This document shows positions 49,221 through 61,035 of a stretch of DNA of 64,000 bases, piece by piece. This DNA is from Euglena gracilis (lineage: Eukaryota). The stretch lies in contig CP154954.1 of assembly GCA_039621445.1 (NCBI GenBank), forward strand, positions 5,743,919-5,807,918, in the 5' to 3' direction. Under the pieces are notes generated by a model that had not been told where the DNA came from, did not search any database, and worked only from the letters and a program-made list of their open reading frames with translations. Both the position numbers and the translations under genes were made by a program. The first letter of the stretch is position 1, and every line of letters starts with the position of its first letter.

Positions 49221-52200
49221 GTGCCGGAGTAGACGCTTGCCGTCTGGGCGAAGCGGGCATACTGACCGCTGGGTCACGCATGACGCTCGCAGGGGTCGGC
49301 AATCGTTCCGGGGGTTGTTCAGACGGCCGTCGCCGAGCAGGTTCATCCTGTCCGACGAGGCGTGGCACTGTGGTCGTCACCGGAAGCGGTGCTTCCACAG
49401 GTGCTGGCACTCCCAGAAACTCTGCCATTGTCTTCGGGATGGCAGGGACCCTGCGCGGTGTCAGTGGTCGTGGGGGTATCTCCTCCACTTCCATTTCGAC
49501 ATCCGGTCAATGAGGTTGATCCTCCACAACCGCTGGCGCAGGTGCTACGGGAGGTTGATCCTCCGATGTAGCCGGTGCGACAGATGGCCCTGTCGGCTGG
49601 GGTTCATCCCCTGATGGTGGTTGCTCTGCTGTCGGAGATGGGGGTGAGGGAACGCCGACATCCGGCGTCTCCACGACCTCAGCGGCGGAGCTTGATGCTA
49701 CGCCTCCACCTCGTGGCGTTAGTGCAGCAGCCACGGCAGTAATGCCGGTGACTACGGCGCCGAGCACACGGCCTCCTAACTAGGTGCGTGCTGTGGGACT
49801 GGCAGGTTCTTCGAGGATATCCTCGACGACCATACCAGTCACCTCGGCTGGAGGCTCAGCCGTTGGAACAGGCGTAGCAGCCACAGGTATATCCCCTGCG
49901 GGTGCTCCGTCTGGTCTAGGCTGTGCCGGAGCAGGCAGAGCAGGGTAGAGGATATCCTCCACGTTCTCACCTTCCTCCTCAGGAAGTTCCTAGTCTCCAC
50001 CTACCGGTGGACAGACGCAAGCCGCCGCGGGAGCCGGGGAAACCGATCGTTCCCCTGCCGCTCGCGGGGCAGAGACGAAGGATACAGCCGTTCCTGTCGG
50101 AGACGGCGGCGCTGCCTCTAGAATGGTGACGGAGGGGCTGCGGTCGCGTTCCTCCCGCCGCGGAATCGCGGTGGTGGAAGCGACTGACGCCTCACGTCTC
50201 CTTGGCGCCAGAGGTTCATCCTCCGGGGCGATGAAGGCGCGCAGATCCTCGGGCGAACGAGGATCGTCGGGGTTCCATCGGCATCCCTGGGCATCCGCCA
50301 GCCTGTAAAAGGCCAGCGTACTGCTGCTGGCGCTGTTGGGCCAGGGTGGCGGCCATGATGGCTGCACCCAGGCGTTGGCAGGCCTGTTCGGGCCCATGAA
50401 GCCGCGGTAACGCGTGTCTTCTCAGACCTCGAAAAAGCCCTCCTCGAACTCCTGAACGCATGCCAGAATCGGCATACGCTGTTCGAGGATGGCCTGCGGG
50501 TGACACATCAGCGGAAGGAATACCTCCCGGTCGAGGGTACCGCCAAACTGTCGCCGCAAATGTTCCTCCATGCTGATATCAGCCATGTGCCAGTTGGGGC
50601 GCAGGTGGCCGAGAATCCGACGACGAGGACCCTCGATGGCGTCACCGTAATCCGGTGGCAGGCTTTCCATACCAGGCCTATCGTCCTGGGGGTCACGGAG
50701 ATGTATATACACCTCCATGACATAGGTGGTCCAGGCTCGCCACCAGAACTGCTGCAGCATAAAAATACGCTGCTTGTGGACGCGGCGACTTTTGCCCTGG
50801 ACATCCGGGGCGTCGCGGCACACATGCATAGGCATGCGGCGTCCCATCTCCAGGCCCGGGTTATCCCGAGGCGGTGGAGGACTTCCGCGCACGCCGAATC
50901 CCCAGAAGTCGACAGGAAATTCCTGCCGGCAGTACTTACAGCAGAGGTCATACCTCTGCGGGTAAGCCAGGGAAACGCGCTTAACGCGGAAGGTGGAGCC
51001 GTAATGGCTCACCAGCCACACCTGGAGGTTGTTGCACCACAACACCTCGATCAGGCGTTCGATGTCGGGGTGTAGTGAGTAGAATTCCCACTACACGCCG
51101 AGGGGTCCGACTGTATGAATACAGTCGAAGATTGCCTTCAGCCTTCGGGCCAACACACGCTGGTCCCGAAATCTCAACTGGTGCAGGTAACTGCGACCAG
51201 TGGAGTCGCCGAAGAGACCCCAGTTCTGGCAGGGGTATCCCAGCCAAAACCAGAGCTCCCAGAAACCTGGCTGGGTTTCCAGCAAGGGTCTGCCACCTTC
51301 ACCTTCGAAGGCGTACAGATCTATCCCGTAATGGAATGGTCTGACTCTGTTCTCGGTGTGGCGTAATACCACATCGATGACTGCTTGTGGAGGGGTGACG
51401 GGGCGGTTTCCTGCAACATGGTAATCATGCTGCATTCGCCAGCCTTCGTCCTCCAGCTCCTCCTTGAACCTGAGCATATGCTCAAAGTCCGAGAGGACTT
51501 CTGCTGGTTCCTCTTCCTCCTCACGTGCTGTTCCCTTACCTTTACCCTCACCCTTCCCTTTGCCGGCCACGCCTTTGCCTTCTCCCTTGCGTTTGCCCTC
51601 GGCCTTGCCTGTGTCCTTTCCCGTCTGGCGAATACCAGAGGGTCGGGCGCTCGGTGCCGCCGGAGTCGGTTCGGTTCCTTCCCATTCCATCTCTGGGGAG
51701 GGACCTGGCCGACCCGCTGCACGTCGCGGTGACGGCGTGGCTGGGCGTCGGCTAGGAGTCTGGCGTGGGCTTGGCTTCGACGCAGGTGGTCGCGGCTCCT
51801 TCCATACCGGAGGGATCGGCGGTGGCATGGTGGCAACAGGACGGCTCATCGCCACCTGTGCCTCTGCCGGTGGTCGTCCAGCCGGGGTGTCCTGGCTGGC
51901 TTCCACCTGCATCGCCACACCGCCTTCCGCGTCCCGTGGGCTGGGTCGCCTGGGCTGTGGGGTAAGGTTCTCCGTAGTCCTGTCGTGCTTCAGGGTGGCA
52001 GGTAATACTGCTCCACCTGCCGGGGGCTCACCGTGTAATACCGGGGTTGCCACCCGCAGCTGCGGCTGGTACGGATGGTATGGGGTGTATCCACGGCCCT
52101 GAAGGGCAGCCAGAGAGGAATAATACCTCGTCCGGTGCTCTTCAGACGCGAATACTGGCTCCTGCAGGAAGTGTCGAGCAAGCTCATCCTGCTCGGTTCC

Positions 52201-53171
52201 CGAAGGTGCCATGTGGTAGTAGGGAGTCTCCTGCCGACGGGGGATATCCCCAGTCTGGACAGGAGCTGCACTGGGCGGTCGGGCTGCCACACGGTGGGGA
52301 GGTTCATCCTCCACCACTATGGGCTCCGGCTGCAGCCGTGGCTCAACGCCAGGGACAGGGGCGACCGGTGATGCCTGTGGCATCCTGTGCATGAACATGT
52401 GTTGGACGTATGCCACAGGGGGCACGTCCGACTGTCCGGCTGGGAGCACGCGTGCGCCGCGCGGGTAATCCGCGTGCGTCGCGTACTGCGAGACAAAGTG
52501 CTCCGCTGGCGGCTCGCGCGGCGGCATTCGCTGCGGCGAGGGCGGGCGAGCAAAAATTTTCGTCATCCCAGGTGGGACATGCACAGCCTCACATACCGGT
52601 GGGGGCGTGTGCTCACGCATATGCACGGTGTGGGATCCCACCGGCGTCTGCGTTTGCAGCATGGGCGGCACATACACGCCCAGGTCCATCATTGTCTCGC
52701 CAGGCTCGAATCCGGAATCGGATGCCGACGAGAAATACCGTCTCCCCGTCATCAGGGCTTGACCACAGGGACACCACTGAGCCACCGGCGTGTTGGCTAC
52801 CACCAACAACTGAGCACAGTATGCATCCCAAAGGGCTTGCATAAAGGGCTCTGTTGGGGGGTGTGCGCACATACGCATCGCCCGCTCCAACGTCTCCGTA
52901 GTGCGGAAGATCATCTCTCCCGCATACGGGGGCAGGCGCGATCTGCGCTGCGCTGGTGGCTGAGGTGCCGGCTGCTGGACGGCAGATGGATCTGGTACCG
53001 CATATGCGGACCGGCTGCTGGTAGCTGCGGCGAATACCGGGTCTGAAACCCTCTCAGCATGTGGGCACCCGGAATCGGGGCCTCAGCATACTGAGGGTAC
53101 TGGGGGTATGGCGCGCCAGGAGGCTGCGGCCATGGTGGACCTGGTCCAGGTCCGCGCCCAGGCAGCAGGAT
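49221..53171 (-). pseudogene. element B accessory protein, N-terminal and central part
   Basis: QALWD..C..L..ANTP...WC.C.QA.MTG..Y, ENLTPQP.R, KG repeat, PGFWELWFWLGYPCQN, LAYPQRY.L.C..C, VDFWGFG and LRP.W are shared with A. Several stops. Confidence 0.85.
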
Positions 53172-53363
53172 GCTACCCGAACGACGACGACAACTAAGAG
53201 TAACCTTGTTGTCAGTCGCTTTGAGTGCTGGTGCACTGAAAAAGGTAGGCTTCTATCTTAATCAAAAACTCTGCGAGAAAGATAGAGAAATAAGGAAGTG
53301 CAGGGGGGGTATAAACGCGAAACATTCACATAAAACACACGCATTTTCCAAAACGAAATCGTT

Positions 53364-55253
53364 TCAGAAAGTGTTTATGTTTATGCCTACGTGATTGCGC
53401 TTGTTCCACAGCTTCCAATCCTGCTGGATATCCAACAAAACTGGATGCTGGCTCCCAAGTGTCCTCCTCTGGCCCATACCCTTTCCAGCGAACTTTCCAG
53501 TAGTGCACACCCCTGTCGACCTTGTGGTCTATTATCTTATTGACCACAAAGTCGTCCGTTTCAGGTAATCTGGAACGGGGCTTGAAATACAGGCAGGGGA
53601 TAGCTTTTCCGTCTGGAGGGCTTAGGTACGGTTTGAAGTCGTCCATATGGACGTCCTCAATCCTGTTGGGCAAGGCAACTTTATATCGCCCGCTACTACC
53701 TAACCTCTCCAAAATTTCGCATGGGCCGAGCCAAAGAGGATCTAGCTTGGAAGATTGCATGCGGGTGCGGTTATTCCGTACCCACACGCGGTCACCTGGA
53801 CTATACACAGGTGTGTTGAAGTTCTGTAAAAACGATTTCGGTTTGTTGGAATGAATTTCTGTGATACGTGATTGGACTGCGGAGCGGAGTGATTCCACTT
53901 CTGCAAACCACGTTTCACAGCTGACGCTACTTCGGGCGGGTCTCTCCGAGGGGATATCCCCTATGGCCGGAGGGTCTCGTCCGAAAACAATTTTGTACGG
54001 TGAGTGTGGTAATACCAACCCTGGCAAGGTATTGATGTAAAATAAACACCAATGAAGAACGGATAACCAATTCTTACCCGAGTCAGCCAGTGAAAGGCGA
54101 AGCATATTGACAACGGATTTCACGGCTGCCTCGGCTCTACCATTGCCTTTCGGGCGGTATATAATGGAAAAATGGTGCTCAATGCCGAGTAAACCGCACA
54201 AAGTTGTGAAAAACCGCGAAGAGATCAAGTGACCTTGATCACTCACGATTTCGTTCGGTAAACCCATTAAGCAGATACATTTCTCCAGGAATATGGATGC
54301 CAAAATCTAGGCTGTCAACCCTGCTTTCCGGCATGGAATGGCTACAATGTACCCACTCAGCCGACAGACGACAACAAAAACGTAATCGTAAATTTTGCCA
54401 TCTGATCCTTTGCAAGGTTCAAGTTCGAGAAAATCCATGCAGAGGGACGTAAAAGTGTCTGGTGGTACGGGGAAAAAGTCCATCGTACCAGGGGGGGTAC
54501 GTCTGCGCGGTTTTACAGCCTGACAAATTTGGCACCGTTGCGAAATTCGCAAACAGCGCGAATATAATTCTTTTTCACTCAGGGTTGTGCCATATCTGCG
54601 ACCCACTAGTGAAAGAAGTTTGGGGGCCCCAGGGTGACCATGGTTGTGATAGCTCAAAATCACATCATCAACCAGGTCTTGGGGTATACAATATTTATAA
54701 ACAGAATTCCGTAAAATAAGCCGCAATGGTGATAGAGAGTAATTCTCTATGGATTCACCACTACGAAGTCTATTCACAATGGTACTATATATAGGGTCAC
54801 GCGAATAATCCCATTCACGGAAAAATAGGCGGGTAGGAGTTTCCGTACGCGTAATGCGACGGGGTCCGGCAGTGCGTCCGCGCCGGCGCCTTCCACGCAA
54901 TGGTGAAATGGCGATGCTGCGATATACCCGGGAAACGGGTAGTGAATCGAGCATGTTGTCCGCAGCGTCGGATCGACATGCGAACTGGTCAGCCTCATGG
55001 CTGCCATGAAAAGTCGCATCACCCTCATCCGGGTTCCCAGGATAATACCAGGGGGCTCGGCTGAGAGGTTCCGCAACTTTTTTTGTGTGACCTGGGGTAT
55101 AGATAACCAGCAGGTTAAACTGGCTCAAGAACTCATGCCATCGGCATCTTCTGCCAACTGATGACATGGCCTTGTTTAGGTCCTCAGTATACCAGTGTTG
55201 AAGGCTCTCATGATCCGTCAACACGAGTATCTGGACCAAGCTGCTGGCTATCC
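53364..55253 (-). pseudogene. pol: element B pol, 3' part (RNaseH end, integrase, chromodomain)
   Basis: Close homologue of A pol; in-frame stop at 54307 and a frameshift at ~53430. Confidence 0.9.
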
Positions 55254-55266
55254 NNNNNNNNNNNNN
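55254..55266. other. assembly gap
   Basis: 13 N next to a poly-G run. Confidence 1.
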
Positions 55267-55444
55267 GGGGGGGGGGGGGGGCGCTTGGATGCTTCCATCC
55301 AGAGCGTAGAGTGACACAGACCCAGGTTCATCCCAGGGCTGTTCAGCGATTTCCGCTACCAATGTATATATATGTATAGTATATGGATGTCCAGGCTCCA
55401 TGAAGGCACTTACCTTACATGAGCCTGGTAATGCCGTTTCGGCA

Positions 55445-58400
55445 TTACATCCGTTCCAGCCGCCAATAATCATGGCGGGAGTCCAAGGGATCTTCCACAA
55501 GGACCATCTGGAATTGTGGTGGTGGTGGCCTATCTACGAGCCAGGTTTCTGGCGATTCGTATTCGAAATCAGGTGCCACCCAGTCCCGAACCCATCCTTC
55601 GGGGACTGTGTGCTTGGTTGCACTCGCTCTTTCTGCGAGGAACCATTGCAGCTTCTCCCAGAATTTCCTGGGCAGAGTTGCTGGCCAGATGAAGTAGTTC
55701 ATCCTTGGGTGGTTGGCTGACACCTGCGGGGCATTCCCCGGGTGAAAGTCAATTGGCATGTGATATGCGCATTCCGCGCGGACTGTATGGGGTCGTAATA
55801 CGGCCCCAAGCCAGTCTTTCCAGGTCATCCCGTGGTTTTCGGGTGGCCATTGTGGCAGGCACCAGCGACCGTTTCGGTCCTGGTTTTGGAACAGGCGGAA
55901 AAGTATCTTTTCCCTGTCTGCTGTCTCCCAGAGGTAAGGTAATCTTACCCCTGCCTCCTCAGCAGCGAGGCGTATCGCCCCACTGTCGATCTGCCACCCA
56001 CGGGCCATTCCCGTGTGGCGGTAGTCGTCGAGCTTGAGGTTGGCATACTTGAAAAAGTCCTTGAACTTTTTGTTCAAGGTGGAGTATTCCTCCAGTGGCT
56101 TCTCGGCACTTGGCACGATTGTGCGTACTGCGCCTTCCGCAGTGTGCCAGAAGGTACCTCGAAGGCAGTTGACGCAGAGAACTGGTACATTCGTACCGTC
56201 TCGGTCTGTGTAGCTGAAATTGTGCTTGTGGGTCCAACTGTCCACGCACTTGGCGCATACCAAGGCGGCACAGTTAGGGATGTATACATCCTTGTGGAAC
56301 GATTTCCGATCCACAGGGTTGCACACATGGACGAGGGGTAATCCCAGGTCAAGTGCACTGTTGTACATCTTGTGGCATACAGTGCAAAGCCACACAAAAC
56401 GGTTTTCCGTTGTTTTGTCGATGAGGAATTCCTCACCGAAGAATTGGGCCAAAACACGGGGAGATCTGGAATTCTAATAATTACAGGTCACATTCTGACC
56501 ATTTCCGTCCCTGACAGAACAGTGGCTCAATCCACCGGTTAAGGCATTGCTGTGTCCTCAATTTATGTGCGATCATCATGTACCTGTTTTTCAGGTCATG
56601 AATGTCAGGGTCATCCTGATTGATCGCGTTCCAGTCGATGACAACTTCGTCTTCTGAAGGTGTCTCGGCTGTCGAGGCGCGGGATTTTCCCAGCCCCTTT
56701 GACGGAGGTTTCGGCTGTGAGGTTTTCCCATAGCCGGATGACGTGACGTGCGTGAATCCTTGTCCCGAGGTTAATCCCCGAGAAGAGGATGCAGCACTCT
56801 GGCCGCCAGCACCACCACCGCCTTTCGGTGGGGGCTGATCACCAGATTTCGGTGTGGGTTTGCAAGGTGCGGCGCCCGGCTTACTTTTCGCCGGGGCCTT
56901 CGGGCTTCCGGCTTCCGGAGTCTCCGAGGGCCGCCGCTCAGCGTCTCGCTTGCTTGCCCACGTGCGTGGTGACGCTTGGGACGGGGGTCTTTTCCCCGAC
57001 GCCGAACGTCGTTGACCTTCAGCAGGGGTTTCCCGAGCTGATGGTCGTCCTACACGCTCCTTCGCGGCTCCCGAAGGTTTCCCAGGGGTAGCCGTGGGGG
57101 ATGGTGTTGGTGTAGGCCTAGCCTGTGCACTTCGCGCTGGCTGAGCCTGTGGTGGAGGCATGGACGCCCGCTCGGCCTGTTTTTCAGGCGCCGGTGTCCG
57201 TGTGCCTTGACGCTTCTCTGCCGTGACTGTGGCTGTACCATGAGATACGGGTTCATCCCGTGCCTCCGGTGGTACCGCCGGTGTCGATACAGGTTCATCC
57301 TGTACTGACACGGCTGGTGTTGTCTCCACAGTCATTGCCATCTGTTCGCCTTCCGTCCGTGTCGCTTCCGACACTGGCGGTGGCGCTGCCGTTGGGGAAG
57401 GTTCATCCTCCACCATGGCTGCAATGTCAGATGTGTCTTCCGTCAGCTGGGCAGTTTCCGCCGCAGCTGTGGAAGAACTGGCCGCAGTGCCACGTGGAGT
57501 GACTACTGCGATCAGTGACCGTAAACCACCGAGTACGCGTCCGCCCAGTGAGGTGCGTCTCTCCTCACCTGAAGTGGGCTCCTCGGCTGGCTCCTCGGTT
57601 AACGGGGTTTCCCCGGAAACAGGGAGCTTGAGGCGTAATACCTCAGGCGTGTGGGTACCGTTTCCGGCGGGTTTTCCCGCGGAGGGGTTGGTACACCCGC
57701 TGTACCCAGTGAGGCTGGTGATAGAGGGACAGGTGTCATTTCACCTGCTTGTGATCCTGGGTGTTGGGCGGTTTCTGCCACAGTATCCAGCATCACTACC
57801 GATGGGCTACGGGTTTCCCGTGCCGGAGGTTCCGTTGGCTGAGGTTCATCCTCAGGCATTAATACCTCCTCCTCCTCCTCATCCGCTTCCGGAGAGGATT
57901 CGGCTGCGTGTAGCTGTGCTGCAGAACGCGGGTCTTTCCTGCTCCTGTAGCACCCTTGTGCGTTTGACAGGCGGAAAAAGCTAATACTTTCACTCCTGTC
58001 AGAGTTGGGGTATGGGGGCGGCCACGTCGCTCTCACCCAGCTTTCGGGTGGAGGCTGTGGTTGATCATCGTCGATCAAGCAAAGGTCTTCCCACTGCCGT
58101 CGACAATGGTCAGTCACGCCAAACTCACCTGTTTCTTCCAGGAATGCTGGCAGTGGCCACGCGTAACGAGGGACTTCCCCTTCGTGCGCCGCGAAAAACA
58201 TCTCAAAATCCTCCCATATCAGGATATTCCCGAATTGGGTATCCAGGTGTTCCTGGAGACCGATTTCGGCCTCTTCCCAGTCTGGTCGCAGGTTCATTCT
58301 GCGCTGGTCTGGGTCATTGGGTCTGGCGTTCACCTCCATATATCCCCGAGGCAACCACTTTCTGTGGATTTCCACATCGGCGGTCATATATTCCAGGAAA

Positions 58401-60879
58401 TATATGTAGACCTCCAGGACGTAGGTAATCCACGCCCTGTGCCGGTACTGTTGTAGCAGAAATATTTTCTGCCGGTGCCGTTTCAGCACCTTTCGGTCTT
58501 GCGTTCCAATCTGGGGATTCCGGCACTGATGCAGGAGGAACCTCCTGGTCGGCTGGCTGCCGGCATTCTCGGCAGACGGAGGCGGTTTTCCGCGTTCTCC
58601 GAAACCCCAGAAGTCAACGATGTGGACTTCCTTGCAAAACTGGCATTCCAGTTTGTACCGCTCGGGGTATGCGAGGTCCACGTCCAGTACCTTGAACAGC
58701 ATGCCATACATGCTGTCCAGGAAGACTTGGAGGTTGTTCGTGAACATTACCGCAGCCTGTGCCTGGAGTTTCTCCGGCAGGGGGTAATACTTCCACTGGA
58801 TTCCCAGTGCGCTGACTGAAAACATGTGGTTGAAGATTTCCTTCAACTGTGCGACGAACGTTTCGCCGTCTTCACAGGTATTCAGGCAATCGATATACGT
58901 CAGACCGTTTCGGTTGGTAAAAATGCCGAAATTCTGGCAGGGGTATCCCAACCAGAACCACAGTTCCCAGAAACCAGGCATCTGGTCCAGGACAACTTCA
59001 TTCGAATGAGGGTATCCCTCGAACGCATGAAGTTCGGCACTGTAGAAAAAACGTTTGCAGTGATTGTTCATACGATTCTGCACCACTTCGAGCACCGCAT
59101 CCGGTGGTCGGTGGATCACGTTGCCTGCCCTTGTGAACTTTTGGAGATCCTCGTCGATTTTCGGCCAGATCTCCTCCAGGTACTTGAACACTGAGGCAAC
59201 GTCATAATCCTTCGTTTTCGAAGGTTCGGCGGCTTTCCCGCCCTTGCTTGCTGCGGGTCCGGCAGATTTTCCGCCTTTGCCTGGAGCTGGCCAGGCGGCT
59301 TTTCCGCCTTTGCCAGGTGCGGCTTTCCCACCTTTCTCTTGGCCTTTTCCTTTCCCCTTACCTTTACCTTTCCTTTACCCTTGCCCTTTGTGTTTGACAG
59401 CCATTCGAATGTCGCCCGGTATTGGTCAAAGTATTCCCAGTATTCTGGGTCTTCTGGCGTAAACACTGGGTAAGTCACGGATTCCGTGCTTGGCGTTCGA
59501 GCAAATTCCTGCTCAGCATCACCACGATTCGAGTAAACCGGTGCGACTGGGGATGGTCGGGTTTCCCGACGTGCCCGTTCTGCCGTCACGTCTGGCGCTG
59601 GTGGAGCTTCCTCCTCAGCGTCGACGTGCATCGCCGCGGGCGGATTTTCCGACCTCGGCGAGCGGCGCTGTGGCTGCGGCGTCAGATTTTCCGGGCCGCG
59701 GTCACGCTTGCCGGCGGCAGAACTTGTGGGCCGTGCTAGAGGCGCTTCCGCCACAGCAACGTCCTGCTGTCGCGCTGGTTGCCTTGATCGTGATGGAGCT
59801 GGGACTCCTGTGAGAGCCGACACAGCAGCATCATACTGCTGGCGCTCTTCCCGTGTCATTTCCGCCCGGGCAGGGTATCCCTGGCCAGCGGAAACAGGGG
59901 GGCGACGTGCGATTTGTCGTTGGATCGTCACAGCATATTCGTACTGTTGACGCTCCTCCTCAGTCTCAAACGGCCGGCCAGTCCACGGGTTAACGGGTTC
60001 ATCCCGTACCGGGGGAACTGGTGCCGCACGAGGCGCTGCCGCGGCTTCCCGCGGACGAGCGCTTCGGGCAGAGTCAGACGTCGGGGGAGGATTTCCCTCC
60101 GCAGGACGTCGTGGGATAGGGTCAGGTATGGTTGGGTGGGGTTGAGGTGGATATACGTACTGATCCCGTGGCCTTGGCGCCTCCTGGGGATAATCCCCAG
60201 AGACGGTGTACTGAGACACAGGCTCCTGTGCAGGATAATCCCGCCGGGGCATGCGCTCAGGGGATCGAAAAATACTTTCTTTCACACGTGGGTGTTCACT
60301 CCGGACAGGTGCTTCCACTGTCTCTTCCTCGGGTAATCCGGGGGAGTGAGCACGAAAATGTGCCGTGTAAGTGCCAACTGGCGGTATCTGCCGTGCTACC
60401 TGTGGCGGGACTTCCACGCCCAGGTCACGCATGGTAATGTCCGCCGCGAATCCTGACGTGTCCGGGCCGGTGTAATACACCAGACCGGTCATCGTCGCCT
60501 GGGCGCACATACACCACAGGGCTGGAGGGGTATTCGCGATGGTCAAAACTTTACGGCAGTGGTCATCCCACAATGCCTGTGTCAGTTGGTCTGGTGCCGG
60601 GTTTGCGCTCATAGGCATAACCCGGCTCATCGTCTCCGCCGTGCGGTGGATCATCACACCCGCATACGGTGGGAGGCGACGAGAGCCTGATGGCTGAGAT
60701 GGCCGCGCTTCCGCGGGCATCTGGGTCATCCTGCTACTGCTGCTGGCTTCAGGGTTTACCTGAGCCGCAGTCCGTGTAGGTGGCTGCGTGCCGTATCGGT
60801 ACGCATACTGGTCAGGGTGAGGGTGCGTGGTGGGGTGGTAAGGCGGTCCTCCGCCTGGCTCCCTTCCACCGGGCAGCAT
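55445..60879 (-). pseudogene. accessory protein of copy A2 (putative intron 56466-56583; 1-bp frameshifts at ~59365 and ~57652)
   Basis: Near-identical to copy A1 but with different lesions. Confidence 0.82.
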
Positions 60880-61035
60880 GATACAGCCCGGGGTCGGTAC
60901 GGTGGGATGTTTGGGTTGTTGGTTGTAGTAAGGGTAACGGCTTGAGTATTATTTGCTAAAAAGTCTGCGGAAAGAAAGAATGATAAGAATCAATGATAAA
61001 AAGAAAAGAAAACACCATGGGTTCCCCATGAGTTC

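Larger units (their letters stand above)
32482..55253 (-). mobile_element. Ty3/Gypsy chromodomain element, subfamily B (degenerate), interrupted by copy A at 35009-~49220; 5' part lost at the gap
   Basis: Pieces in order: pol 55253-53364, accessory ORF 53170-49220 resuming at 35008-33609, terminal region 33340-32482. All are colinear with copy A. Confidence 0.8.

Noticed and set aside
48550-49494. 314-aa ORF as a single gene
   Set aside because: Apparently a chance in-frame chimera of the B accessory ORF and A gag.
54307-55500. 397-aa ORF spanning the N gap
   Set aside because: Artificial fusion of the A2 3' region with B pol.
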